A program made the position numbers and the translations under genes. 64,000 nucleotides of DNA from the NCBI GenBank assembly GCA_002269645.1, contig NIVC01001936.1, positions 89,194 to 153,193 of the forward strand, written 5' to 3'. This DNA is from Macrostomum lignano. Its lineage: Eukaryota. The stretch's first letter is position 1; the number at the start of each line of letters is the position of its first letter. The notes below the pieces were generated by a model. The model saw nothing but the letters and a program-made list of their open reading frames with translations. It searched no databases and was not told the DNA's origin. Below, piece after piece: positions 1 through 49,267 of the stretch.

Positions 1-1380
1 CGGAGAGGTCGATGGCATTGTTTCGCAAGCTGAGTTGCAAGCCGCGATCGATTGTATTGAGAATCTGCGAGCCGCTTACTCCGCAGAGCAAGCTCATCGT
101 GTCGGCTAACAATGAAACTTTGGCTGAGAAAATTGCTTCGCAAAATCTCTGGATTACCCAGCTTATCTGGGCCAAGATAGTTAATGGACTTTGTGAATAG
201 CATTGAATTTAATCCAAGATACGTCTGTCAAAGTAATGAAGCTTTGGTTCATAAGCATCAATTTAGCTCATAGCGGCTATGAATCCTAATCATGAGTGAC
301 AAATTTCACTGTACCATTAAAATATGACGTCAAATATTCAATCTGCTCAACTATAAAATAACAAAGAGAGCATTTAAACATGGTCAAACTGCACTTCGAT
401 CGCAAGCCCGTGGCGTTCGTTTAACAGTGTAGCACTATAGTCCACGATTCTAGGACTGATCTTGCTTCTCACTGCTTGTGACAGTCGTGTCTAAATGAAA
501 ATCTAGGGCTGAAACTACAGAGCCGCTATGAACCAAATTGATGCTTGTTGGACCAAATTAAATGCTGCAAATTAAATTAATAATTCTATGAGAAATCATA
601 GTTTCTGCGGCTAGAATAATTGGCTGCTTAGCTTGACAATTTAGAAGAGTGGCAGTGCGCTTGATTGGCTTGATAGAATTTTTATCCGCTTAGTATAATA
701 CAAAAAAATTAAGTGTTTTCGTTTCCTAATGTCTTAACAAGTAGTAACCTTGATGATAATATTAGTAACAACATATTTCTCACAAAAAAACATAAAATGT
801 AAGTTTATTACGTACTCTTTTGCGAGAGTTGCACGTAATTTTCAATCGATGCACGTCTATCCAAAAGTAGATTTTTATTCTTACTCTAATTCCAGTGGTA
901 CATGGCTTTTTATACATTATTCTTACTGTTGCTTTTAATGGAGAGTTAGAAAAATCTTAATTTACTTTTTTACTAGAATTGTTACATTTACTTCAAAAAA
1001 AACATTTTATGCTGAACTGATAATTCTACTAGATAACAAGTTGCACGAAAATAAAAAAGGAAACTAATATGCTCTGATTTCACCCGGTTAAAACAAACTT
1101 GAACTTAAACTCGAAATAAGACAATAATTTCATTTCTAATGAATTGAACTTTCATACACGCTATGATACTGAATACCGATTAAAGATTAAGTTCAGTGTA
1201 TGAACTCTTAATAGCAGCAAATAGCAGCAACAGTAATAATAGATTACACCTGCCCTAATGAGCAGATCTGCAACCGACAGCTCAGCCGCAGCTATTGCAC
1301 TGCGCATCGGAAGGGCTGATGAGTTCAAGGACTGGGGGGTCACCACATACACCGCCATTACCCCAGCTATTTAACAGCTA

Positions 1381-1745
1381 TTGAGTTGCTGGGCCACCAG
1401 CCTCCCAGATCATCACTTGCTGGGCCAGCCTCCCAGATCCTCAGTTGCTGGGCCAGCCTCCCAGATCCTCAGTTGCTGGGCCAGCCTCCCAGATCCTCAG
1501 TTGCTGGGCCAGCCTCCCAGATCCTCAGCTGCTGGGCCAGCCTCCCAGATCATCAGTTGCTGAGCCAGCCTCCCAGATCCCCAGTTGCTGAGCCAGCCCC
1601 CCAGATCCTCAGTTGCTGGGCCAGCCTCCCAGATCCCCTGTTGCTGGGCCAGCCTCCCAGATCGTCAGTTGCTGGGCCAGCCTCCCAGATCCTCAGTTGC
1701 TGGGCCAGCCTCCCAGATCCTCAGTTGCTGGGCCAGCCTCCCTCA
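1381..1745. repeat. 28-bp minisatellite upstream of UGGT
   Basis: (cctcccagatcctcagttgctgggccag)n. Confidence 0.95.
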
Positions 1746-1903
1746 GCAACTTCCCAAATCCTATTAGAGCTATCGTTACAACATTAGTTGCAATTGAGAT
1801 TTATTGTACAAATAGACTAGATGCTTTTAAGGCAATAGCTTTATCAGAACAATTAAATACACGATATAAGCTTAAATGAGAAACCGTTAATTTTTCTTTA
1901 AAA

Positions 1904-26975
<25,072 letters not shown>

Positions 26976-29209
26976 TAGAATCAAGCGTATTTAGTCTGTC
27001 ACTAATGTAGCTTTGTTGGGTGCATTGGTGGATGTTTTCAAATATGCCAATCGGATTCGTATTGTAAAGTAATCTCTCTGACTGCCATGTGACCTATGCA
27101 TTGGAATAATCAAATCAAAAAAATAACTAAATTTATAACATTTGTTTTGGATTATAATTCGTTGGGAATTTCGTCGATTCCCCTACAATTTCTTAATGTT
27201 GAACTCTATAAATGCAACACATTTAATCCCGATTTGCTTAGCTGTCCGTGTCTGTGTGCCAAAGTACACAAACTGAAGCGTGTTTGCTTGCTTTTTTGTT
27301 TTGCCTCAGTTTGTTTGTTCTGTTGTTTAATCACCAATTTATATGGGGTAGCATTCTGCGAAGCAAATATTCGCCTGGTTTCTAATTTTCTATTTACTTT
27401 AAATTGGAAATTTAAACAGCGGAACTTGTTTAGCACTTAATAACTGACTTTCTCCCCAAATTATTTGGTTAGTACTCAGCAGTCAGTAGTCGTAAGAGTA
27501 ATTTAATTAAGTGGTTCCAGTATTTAGGACAACTAACAATAATTCCGTCTCATTCAGACCGTGTGGAGTTTGGTCGAGATTTATCGATCTATTTGGGTCG
27601 GCCAATAAACCCCCACGCTCTCTTAAGTCATTTAATCGTTTAGCAGACTTTTTTATTATTATCGATTTTATTAGTGTCGTCGCCCCTCCCCCTATTTTCT
27701 ACCCCTATTAACTCTACTATTTGTACGTCAGCTTTCAGGGGTCTCAGTGGGGGAGGGGGGCTGAATTTTATCGATTTTATCGTCAGTCACCCATTAGCCC
27801 TAGCCGCAGCCATTCCTAGCCGTGCTTAAACCACTTAACCACCCTATCCCTCTGCCCGCCCGGCCCGAATGGGGTGGTTGGCTATAGAGAGGAGCCCTAA
27901 CCCCCCTTCTTTCCTTACCCCGTAGCCTAATATTAACAATAACCCTATTTATTTTATTACTAATATATAGAGTACAGACTATTACTAGCGATCTAGAAAT
28001 CTAAATTTTCACGTGTACTTTATCTTAAATGAAGTTGATATACTTATTGTGAAGATAGGAAATGCAGTTGCAGTTTTCTGCCAACAGTGTATTGATTATT
28101 ATGTGTGCTGTCAACTTCTTTCTCGCAACTGATTGTATCACAGTCACATCTTGCATTATAATATTTTAATTAACCTACTAGCGAACAAGGTTTTTATTGT
28201 TGTAACTGTTTGCCTACTAGTTGGAAATTGGAATTTCAACTATGAATAAACGATTTTTCATCAATGAAACTGCAGAGGTTGATTGTAGCTGTTAGCCTTG
28301 CAAATTGTTTGTTAGCAATATTCACGATTTTTTTGTTTCCTGTAATTGTCGCTGTCAAAGATTTACGAAACTGTGTTGGCGCAAAAATATGTTATATTCT
28401 TTCATGCATATTCTTAGCTTTGTGTTTTCCTGTCTAACTGTTTTTTTTATTTTGCTTGCCTTGCTATTCGCTTAAAATTCATAACTTCTGGGTTCCTAAT
28501 ATTTAAAACTGTTTTCGTTAAAAAATACATTTATTACGAGCTAAATTTGCACGCAAAGCTGTTAGTAGTATGCATTGCGCGCTTACAAGTGCGCTAGTTG
28601 GAATCAAATAATTACTGATAAATGAGACTTGATAAGCGTTTTATTGATATTTTCTCTGGTAAAATTTTTCCCAATGCCCATAAATGAATATTACATTTTT
28701 ACTTCTCTCCTTTTTGAACCTAAAATACGTATTCTTAAATACGTGTTTTATACGTTTCTTTTAAGTAGGCAGAATTGTATATGAATGGAATTAATTATCT
28801 GTGTAGCGTGAGAGGCTGTACAATCAAGTGAGCTAATTGTAGCACACACACACTGAGGTGATAGTGCCTTGTTAAAGATAAAAAGGCTTTGTATAAACTA
28901 AATCTAACAGTGAGTGTTGTTGTTAAGACTGCACTCGCATACAGGTACAGCCCAGACCAAGAGCATACACAACTTCAATAAGTGGCGGGTCATATAAAAG
29001 TTTTAGTACCGCTCACTTTGAGCACAGCAGGGGGCCGGCCTGAATTGCGCTTCTGTGCGGGAAGGCCAGTCTGTCCACTGCCCCATGCTGAAGGGTTAAA
29101 AATGGCTTAAATAAACAATTGAGCTGCTCCAGCACCTGGAGTTCTACGATTAATTGGCTATCTGGCTAGGGAAATAACTGGCGTCTCAGTTACAGTTGAA
29201 AATGGCACC

Positions 29210-29990
29210 CTCAAATGAAATGGCGCCGCCCCCTCTCTAATGAAATGGCGCCTCCCCCTCTCTAATGAAATGGCGCCTCCCCCTCTCTAATGAAATGGCG
29301 CCTCCCCCTCTCTAATGAAATGGCGCCTCCCCCTCTCTGATGAAATGGCGCCTCCCCCTCTCTGATGAAATGGCGCCTCCCCCTCTCTAATGAAATGGCG
29401 CCTCCCCCTCTCTAATGAAATGGCGCCTCCATCAAATGAAATGGCGCCTCTCCCTCAAATGAAATAGCTCCTCCCTCAAATGAAATGGCGCCTCCCTAAA
29501 TTAAATAGCGCCTCCCTTAAATAAAATAGCGCCTCCCTCAAATAAAATGGTGCCTCCCTCAAATGAAATGGCGCCAATCTCAAATGAAATGGCGCCTTCC
29601 TCAAATGAAATGGTGCCTCCCCCTCTCAAATGAAATGGCGCCTCCCCCTCTAATGAAATGGCGCCTCCATCAAATGAAATGGCGCCTCTCCCTCAAATGA
29701 AATAGCTCCTCCCTCAAATGAAATGGCGCCTCCCTCAAATGAAATGGCGCCAATCTCAAATGAAATGGCGCCTTCCTCAAATGAAATGGTGCCTCCCCCT
29801 CTCAAATGAAATGGCGCCTCCCCCTCTAATGAAATGGCGCCTCCCTCAAATGAAATGGCGCCTCCCTCAAATGAAATGGCGCCTCCCTCAAATGAAATGG
29901 CGCCTCCCTCAAATGAAATGGCGCCTCCCTCAAATGAAATGGCGCCAATGTCAAATGAAATGGCGCCAATCTCAAATGAAATAGCGCTTT
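29210..29990. repeat. 21-26-bp minisatellite upstream of the TRP gene
   Basis: (aatgaaatggcgcctccctca)n. Confidence 0.95.
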
Positions 29991-30461
29991 CCGTCGAACG
30001 AGATGACGCGCCCTTTAAACGAAAACAGCACGATCTCCAAAGACGGTCTCTAGATGAAATAATTACCGCTCTGAAACCTGCCTAAATTCTGTGCATTAAC
30101 TGAAAGAAACTGTGGTCAGCCAATAGCAGCCTGAAAATAGGTCTTTTGTGGAGTTATAGCCGCTCCAAGTTCTAAGTTTAGACCTCCATTGCTCTATATA
30201 TCTCTATCTACAGCTCTGCCTATGCACCCCGTATCTGCATGTTGTGGTACATTTACTCAGTATATATCATCGTATAATAGGAATCATGCATACGTTTATA
30301 GCTCGTACCCTGTCAAAAAGGCTTCTGATTGGCTGGCTGGGGGGAGGGGGGTTCACTAAGACTTCGCCGAGGTGTTCGCACAGTATTTAACCTATATAAA
30401 CTGTGCTAAACCCAGCACCAAGCAATGCGTCGAGTTCCTATCCCCAGCTCATAACGCAATC

Positions 30462-40791
<10,330 letters not shown>

Positions 40792-40819
40792 ATTTCTGTT
40801 GGAGGGACACATGCCTGTG

Positions 40820-41280
40820 TCAGATGAGATGTCTGTGTCAGAGATGTCTTTGAGATGTCTGTGTCAGAGGTGTCTTTGAGATGTCTGTGTCAGAGGTGTC
40901 TTTGAGATGTCTGTGTCAGAGGTGACTTTGAGGTGTCTGTGTCAGAGGTGTCTTTGAGATGTCTGTGTCAGAGGTGTCTTTGAGATGCCTGTGTCAGAGA
41001 TGTCTTTGAGATGTCTGTGTCAGAGGTGTCTTTGAGATGTCTGTGTCAGGGTTGTCTTTGAGATATCTGTGTCAGAGGTGTCTTTGAGATGTCTGTGTCA
41101 GAGGTGACTTTGAGATGTCTGTGTCAGAGGTGACTTTGAGGTGTCTGTGTCAGAGGTGTCTTTGAGATGTCTGTTGTCAGAGGTGTCTTTGAGATGTCTG
41201 TGTCAGAGGTGTCTTTGAGATGTCTGTGTCAGAGGTGTCTTTGAGATGTCTGTGTCAGAGGTGTCTTTGAGATGTTTCTT
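40820..41280. repeat. 26-bp minisatellite just 3' of the TRP stop
   Basis: (gtgtcagaggtgtctttgagatgtct)n. Confidence 0.95.
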
Positions 41281-41662
41281 GTCAGATGGGATGTCTGCCA
41301 TAGTAATTTGCAGTAACTTATTACGCTTTTAATCTGAAAGCAACTACAAATCCATTATTCAAGGCTATATGCAAAATGTATTACAAAAATAATAACCCAA
41401 TGCGTATGCTCCCTATATACTACTCATTTGCTATCTTGTAAGTAGTGTGTTTAGCACATCCCCAGTAGTATTGTAGAATTCATGCTATACAGTACAATAC
41501 CAGTTTTTGACGGCTTTCGGATTCTGATAAAAATGAGCTCGTTTCTCATGCCCCATGTGTTCAGCTCGGCTGCTTGTTTTGCGCTGAAGCGCATGAAGTC
41601 AGGCGAGTCAGAGTTTTGTGTCTTTGACGGGTGAATTTCCAGCTGTTTACTTTTTTTAGTTT

Positions 41663-42385
41663 CTCCATCCCCATCTCTATCTTTATCCCAATCTCCATTC
41701 CCCATCCCCATCCCTATCCCCATCCCCATCTCTATCTCCATCCCATCCCCATCCCCATCCCCATCCCCATCCCCATCCCCATCCCCATCCCCATCCCCAT
41801 CCCCATCTCTATCTCCATCCCATCCCCATCCCCATTCCCATCCCCATCCCCATCCCCATCCCCATCCCCATCTCGATCCCCATCTCATCCCCATCCCCAT
41901 TCCCATCCCCATCCCCATCCCCATCCCCATCCCCATCCCCATCTCTATCTCCATCCCATCCCCATCCCCATCCCCATCCCCATCCCCATCCCCATCCCCA
42001 TCCCCATCCCCATCCCCATCCCCATCCCCATCCCCATCTCTATCTCCATCCCATCCCCATCCCCATTCCCATCCCCATCCCCATCCCCATCCCCATCCCC
42101 ATCCCCATCCCCATCTCTATCTCCATCCCATCCCCATCCCCATCCCCATCCCCATCCCCATCCCCATCCCCATCCCCATCTCGATCCCCATCCCATCCCC
42201 ATCCCCATTCCCATCCCCATCCCCATCCCCATCCCCATCCCCATCTCGATCCCCATCCCATCCCCATCCCCATCCCCATCCCCATCCCCATCCCCATCCC
42301 CATCCCCATCCCCATCCCCATCTCGATCCCCATCCCCATCTCGATCCCCATCCCCATCCCCATCTCCATCCCTAAATCCATCCCC
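41663..42385. repeat. (CCCCAT)n
   Basis: Visible directly. Confidence 0.97.
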
Positions 42386-43034
42386 ATCTCAAATAATCTG
42401 CCTCATCTCCGACTCCAGCTTCAAACTCGGAGACTGTCTCACTGTCTACTATGTTTATAGAAGCAAGTGAAGTTTTTTGTTAATCTTTTTCGAGCTTCGC
42501 CAGCAGATTCAAGGACAGATGAGCCTATACCGTGAGCATGTTAGCACAACCGTGTCTCCACACAGAGCACCCCGCTCTGACAGCATAATTAGCTTTGGAC
42601 CCGAGTTTGTAAAGAAGAAATTCTGTTCTTACCTGGCTGACAGCACACATAACAGATATCAGCTTTCATTGCTTTTGCGTGCTCCCGTTATCGTATTGTA
42701 AAATTCTTTAAAAGCACAAAGTCACGAAATACAAAGACTAAGACAAAGAGTATTCGCTACAAAGACAATTTCATTTATAGATTTGAGAAGGGTAACTTGA
42801 GAACTGCCACAGTCATTGGCCCCTCTGGCTCTGTGTTGCGCTTCATTCGAAACACGATTTCAAATGATAATAGATCTACATGCCGGATCTGCAGTTACAT
42901 CTGTGCGCCTTGGACCCGAGCCCCAACACGCACACAAGTTAGCTCTGGTGTAGGGCTGGCGATAAATCTGATTCTGAATATTAATAATCTATCAGATTCC
43001 CCGTAGTTAGATGCTTTCTAACATGATTCTTGGA

Positions 43035-44025
43035 CACTGAGGCTGCTGAATCATTGATACTGAGGCTGCTGAATCATTGGCACTGAGGCTGCTGAATCAT
43101 TGATACTGAGGCTGCTGAATCATTGATACTGAGGCTGCTGAATCATTGGCACTGAGGCTGCTGAATCATTGGCACTGAGGCTGCTGAATCATTGATACTG
43201 AGGCTGCTGAATCATTGATACTGAGGCTGCTGAATCATTGACACTGAGGCTGCTGAATCATAGACACTGAGGCTGCTGAATCATAGACACTGAGGCTGCT
43301 GAATCATTGACACTGAGGCTGCTGAATCATAGACACTGAGGCTGCTGAATCATTGGCACTGAGGCTGCTGAATCATAGACACTGAGGCTGCTGAATCATT
43401 GACACTGAGGCTACTGAATCATTGACACTGAGGCTGCTGAATCATTGACACTGAGGCTGCTGAATTATTGACACTGAGGCTGCTGAATCATAGACACTGA
43501 GGCTGCTGAATCATTGACACTGAGGCTGCTGAATCATAGACACTGATGCTGCTGAATCATTGGCACTGAGGCTGCTGAATCATTGACACTGAGGCTACTG
43601 AATCATTGACACTGAGGCTGCTGAATCATTGACACTGAGGCTGCTGAATCATTGACACTGAGGCTGCTGAATCATTGACACTGAGGCTGCTGAATCATTG
43701 ATACTGAGGCTGCTGAATCATTGACACTGAGGCTGCTGAATCATTGACACTGAGGCTGCTGAATCATTGACACTGAGGCTGCTGAATCATTGACACTGAG
43801 GCTGCTGAATCATTGATACTGAGGCTGCTGAATCATTGACACTGAGGCTGCTGAATCATTGACACTGAGGCTGCTGAATCATTGGCACTGAGGCTGCTGA
43901 ATCATTGACACTGAGGCTGCTGAATCATTGACACTGAGGCTGCTGAATTATTGACACTGAGGCTGCTGAATCATAGACACTGAGGCTGCTGAATCATTGA
44001 CACTGAGGCTGCTGAATCATTGACA
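43035..44025. repeat. 23-bp minisatellite
   Basis: (cactgaggctgctgaatcattga)n, about 43 copies. Confidence 0.97.
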
Positions 44026-44549
44026 CGGAAGCTACTTAATGATTTTCTGTTCTTCATAGCCCTATCATTATTCAGGTTTTTCTTTGACGCTTTCATGCCC
44101 AATATTTTCTGTCACAAGACATCACTTTCAACTTTGGCAGTAAACACTGGACCCCTGCACATTGAGACCAGAAGACTCATACACCCCCTTGAACCAAAGG
44201 CCCCAAGGCTGTAAAAGAATTAACTTAGCAACAGAGAGAGTATCGCCCTGATTCAATAATGAAGTCGATGTTTTCCCAAGAAAAAGCTGACAACTTCGTT
44301 ACGGACCGAGTGTTGACCGTATTTGTAAGCCTGTAATCTCTGTCAGAACGAATCTTCCACTATGCATAGGCCCTTCATTTTTCTTTGCTTATCCTTTGTT
44401 TCCAACGCATTTTTCCTGCGTTATATATATATCTCTCTCTCTGGCCTCTGTGAGCTTTCTGCTTCCAGCTTCTTTCATCTTGGCATCTTCTAAAAGTGGT
44501 GTGCTCCATACTTTGAAGCTGCTCTCTGCTGGAGCATTTGCTTGACTGC

Positions 44550-45160
44550 TCTGTCACTCTGCTTTCTTTCCCATCTCTTTACTGTCTTCTCCGTCACTCT
44601 ACTGTCTCCCCTGTCACTCTACTGTCTCCTCAGTCACTCTACTGTCTCCCCTGTCACTCTACTGTCTCCTCAGTCACTCTACTGTCTCCCCTGTCACTCT
44701 ACTGTCTCCCCTGTCACTCTACTGTCTCCCCTGTCACTCTACTGTCTCCTCAGTCACTCTACTGTCTCCCCTGTCACTCTACTGTCTCCCCTGTCACTCT
44801 ACTGTCTCCTCAGTCACTCTACTGTCTCCCCTGTCACTCTACTGTCTCCCCTGTCACTCTACTGTCTCCTCAGTCACTCTACTGTCTCCCCTGTCACTCT
44901 ACTGTCCCCCTGTCATTCTACTGTCTCCCCTGTCACTCTACTGTCTCCCCTGTCACTCTACTGTCTCCCCTGTCACTTTACTGCCTCCCCTGTCACTCTA
45001 CTGTCTCCTCTGTCACTCTACTGTCTCCCCTGTCACTTTACTGCCTCCCCTGTCACTCTACTGTCTCCTCTGTCACTCTACTGTCTCGTCAGTCACTCTA
45101 CTTTCTTCTCAGTCACTCTACTTTCTTCTCAGTCACTCTTCTTTCTTCTCAGTCACTGTA
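44550..45160. repeat. 20-bp minisatellite
   Basis: (tcactctactgtctcccctg)n. Confidence 0.95.
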
Positions 45161-46179
45161 GTTTTAATGCAGCCTAAATCAGTAAAAAAGCCACACTCGA
45201 GTCTCCAAGCTTTGAACAGATTCTCAATCTCAATTAGCCAGGCTAATGGCTCACAAAAGGAAACCAATGAACAACGCAGCCAAAGGTCGCACGACACACC
45301 CAGCGCCTCTGTGCTCTACTTGCCTAATGGCATTTAATCTCCAAGTTGAGTCCAGCTGTGAAATGTCTGACCTGCCTGTCTGCCCGTCAGCCTCCAGATG
45401 TCTGAGCTAATTTCAACTGATAACAACAATCGAACCTTGCGCTCGCCCTATAATGGAATTTTTGTCACCCGAAATCAAAAGAGTAACACGCTACATTCCC
45501 AGACTCCACTCTACCTTGGTCACGCCTCATCACCACCACAGAAGCCGCTATTGTTGTGTTTTGTTATAGTATGCGCATAAAAAGCTAGCAAATCTTTTGG
45601 AGTGCTTTGCCACCTGAATGCGACAATCTGCCTGGGGGCCTAAATTAACTGAGATGGATGGACCTGCCTCCAGAATCGTCTTCCTATCGTTATGCTTCAT
45701 CAAATTGTCGAGCCCCAGCCTCCGCGCTTCTATCGTGTTAAGAAAGCATTATAATTATTATTATTAGCAAGCAATATTCCTCGCGGACAGGTAAGTTGAG
45801 AGACAGATTTGCCGAAATCAACTGATTCAATCTGCCTCCTCCTGTTCGATGAATAATTATCGAACATTTAGCAGAAGTTGTTATAGTGTGCATACAAAGC
45901 TATTTTGAATGACTTTCTGACCACCGCGGGAACATTTGCGTGCAAAACTTTGGAGCGAAGCAAAAAGCGTCTAAAATAATTAACCATCTTGATTTGCTGA
46001 CTGAATACCTGCCGTTGTAAGAAGCCGCAGTGCTGCACGCTATCACAAAAAAAGATTTGCGCAGTAAAAAAACGGAGTCAAAAAACCAATTCAACGAAAA
46101 TATATCTGTTCGGGGACCACTGTGTAGGATTCCAGATTGGAAACTGGGTTTTGTTGGAAAGTTACCCGTATAACAAATG

Positions 46180-46575
46180 CTCTTTACTCTCTGCTCACTA
46201 CTCTCTGCTCTCTACTATCTACTCTCTGCTCCCTACTCTCTACTCTCTACTCTCTGCTCTCTACTCTGCTCTTTACTCTCTGCTCTTTACTCTCTACTCT
46301 CTGCTCTCTACTCTGCTCTTTACTCTCTGCTCTCTACTCTCTACTCTCTGCTCTCTACTCTCTGCCCTCTACTCTCTGCTCTCTACTCTCTGCTCTCTAC
46401 TCTCTGATCTCTGCTCTCTACTCTCTGTTCTCTACTCTCTACTCTCTGCTCTCTGCTCTCTACTCTCTGCTCTATACTCTCTACTCTCTACTCTCTACTC
46501 TCTACTCTCTACTCTCTACTCTCTACTCTCTACTCTCTACTCTCTGCTCTCTACTCTCTGCTCTCTACTCTCTAC
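46180..46575. repeat. 7-bp repeat
   Basis: (ctctact/ctctgct)n. Confidence 0.95.
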
Positions 46576-47024
46576 TTCCACAACCATGAGTGTCATTTAG
46601 GAAAAATTGTAGGCGAAATTTCCGCTTTTTGACGCTTTTACTTTCCCGGTTGCCGATCCCGTCCAGGCTTCTCATCCAGAAGTCCTGGCTCGGTCCCTGT
46701 GCAAGCCTAATTTCGCTTATTTTTTCACTGCATCTCAACTGGAGCAGGGAAACGAAAAAAATGGAAACTTTTCGTTTTCAATTAACTTTCCATTTCACCT
46801 TCAAAGCGAAATTCGGGAACAGACTGAAGAATTTGGGTTTTTGTTGGGCAGTCAGAAATGTTGTTAAACTGACTCAACTTTCCATTTTCGGGGCGAGCTT
46901 GGGAAACAGGACTGCCACGATCTGAACTGATAAAAACTGGATTGAATTTAGCTTGTCACTGGCTTTTACCACTGGCCAACTGCGATAATGCAATAGCTTT
47001 GTGACATTACTCTCAACTATTTAC

Positions 47025-47551
47025 TCTGTACTCTCTACTGTCTACTCTCTACTGTCTACTGTCTACTGTCTACTCTCTACTGTCTACTGTCTACTGTCTA
47101 CTCTCTACTGTCTACTGTCGACTCTCTACTGTCTACTGTCTACTGTCTACTCTCTACTGTCTACTGTCTACTGTCTACTCTCTACTGTCTACTGTCGACT
47201 CTCTACTGTCTACTCTCTACTCTCTACTGTCTACTCTCTACCGTCTACTGTCTACTCTCTACTGTCTACTGTCTACTCTCTACTGTCTTCTGTCTACTCT
47301 CTACTCTCTTCTGTCTACTCTCTACTCTCTTCTGTCTACTCTCTACTCTCTTCTGTCTACTCTCTACTCTCTTCTGTCTACTCTCTACTCTCTTCTGTCT
47401 ACTCTCTACTGTCTACTCTCTACTGTCTACTCTCTACTGTCTACTGTCTACTCTCAACTCTCAACTATCTACTGTCTACTGTCTACTCTCTACTGTCTAC
47501 TCTCTACTGTCTACTCTCAACTCTCAACTATCTACTGTCTACTGTCTACTC

Positions 47552-47592
<41 letters not shown>

Positions 47593-47850
47593 CTCAACTC
47601 TCAACTATCTACTGTCTACTGTCTACTCTCAACTGTCTACTCTCAACTCTTAACTGTCTACTGTCTACTGTCTACTCTCTACTGTCTACTCTCAACTCTC
47701 AACTGTCTACTGTCTACTCTCAACTGTCTACTCTCAGTGTCTACTCTCAACTGTCTACTCTCAGTTTCTACTGTCTAATGTCTACTGTCTACTGTTTATT
47801 GTCCTCTCTCTGCTGTCTGTCTACTGTCTACTCTCTCCTTCTCACTGCTC
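47025..47850. repeat. 7-bp repeat
   Basis: (ctactgt/ctactct)n. Confidence 0.95.
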
Positions 47851-48625
47851 TCTACTCCCTAACGTCTATTTTCGGTTCCTTGATTCAATTTCTAACCCCA
47901 ACTGCTCGCCGCTTTGATCGCGGGCAGAGAGGGTTCCAAAAAGTTTGCTGCTATCTCTAAAAAATCCCTTAACCGCAAATTGCTTTCCCTAATGACGGGT
48001 CCTTTGAAAAAATTCCAACACCTGAACGAGTTTATAAAATCAATTTTTCTTAGTTCGAAAAAGATTTTCAAGTTCCGAGATGTGAGAAATTGGCAAGTGT
48101 GACGAATGCCGCGTGTGGAAACTTGAAGTGAGTGCCGAACGGTAAAGCGGTTATGGGCAAGTGAGCAAATAATCATTAGGAAACAATTAGCACCTGAGGC
48201 AGCGGGGGGTGGGGGTGGCGGCTGCGGTGGGCTAATGACTTTGGGCTCGGCGGGGGGTTATAAGGCGGCGGCCGCGCCGGGGTCAGGAGGAAAGCGAGTG
48301 GAACTGATGAAAAACCGCGTTTTGGGGGGCTGCATGGCTGGTCAACTTTCAAGCGGCAATTCTAAGTCTCGCCCGAGACTGGGCGAGCTCTCTAAGAGTT
48401 ATTTTCGATCGGTATTGCCCTAGTGCTTGCTTTGGAGTTGATCCTCTCGGTGTGATGGGGCGGATAGAGGAGGGATAAAGGAGAGAGAAGAGATGATGGA
48501 GGAGAGAGAGGATTGAGGAGGAGAGGTGAGAGGAGAGAGGATAAAGGTGAGATGTGAAATGGGAGAGGAGAGGAGAGAGGAGAGAGAAAGATGAGAGATG
48601 AGAGAGGTGAGAGGAGAGAGGAGAG

Positions 48626-49267
48626 CAGTGGCGTAGCCAGGAATTTCAATTGGGGGGGGGGGGCGGATTGGCCTGGCTGGCCATGCCTTATGCCATTGCC
48701 ACTTTTGGCGCCGCAGGCACTCATTTTGGCGCCACAGACACTCATTTTGGCGCCACAGACACTCATTTTGGCGCCGCAGGCACTCATTTTAGCGCCGCAG
48801 GCACTCATTTTGGCGCCGCAGGCACTCATTTCGGCGCCGCAGGCACTCATTTCGGCGCCACAGACACTCATTTTGGCGCCACAGACACTCATTTTGGCGC
48901 CGCAGGCACTCATTTTAGCGCCGCAGGCACTCATTTTGGCGCCGCAGGCACTCATTTTAGCGCCGCAGGCACTCATTTTGGCGCCGCAGGCACTCATTTT
49001 GGCGCCGCAGGCACTCATTTCGGCGCCGCAGGCACTCATTTCGGCGCCACAGACACTCATTTTGGCGCCACAGACACTCATTTTGGCGCCGCAGGCACTC
49101 ATTTTAGCGCCGCAGGCACTCATTTTAGCGCTGCAGGCACTCATTTTGGCGCCGCAGGCACTCATTTTGGCGCCGCAGGCACTCATTTTGGCGCCGCAGG
49201 CACTCATTTGCCTCCTGGTTTTTGGTATCCGCCGCGCCCAACCCCACCCCCCCTGTCTACTCCACTG
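48626..49267. mobile_element. Non-autonomous hAT-type element (642 bp) containing a 21-bp minisatellite
   Basis: Left end CAGTGGCGTAGCCAGG; reverse complement of right end CAGTGGAGTAGACAGG (14/16). 8-bp direct repeat GAGGAGAG on both flanks (48618-48625, 49268-49275). It splits a GA-rich array. Confidence 0.75.
48705..49207. repeat. 21-bp minisatellite (cactcattttggcgccgcagg)n
   Basis: About 24 copies inside the hAT-type element. Confidence 0.95.
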
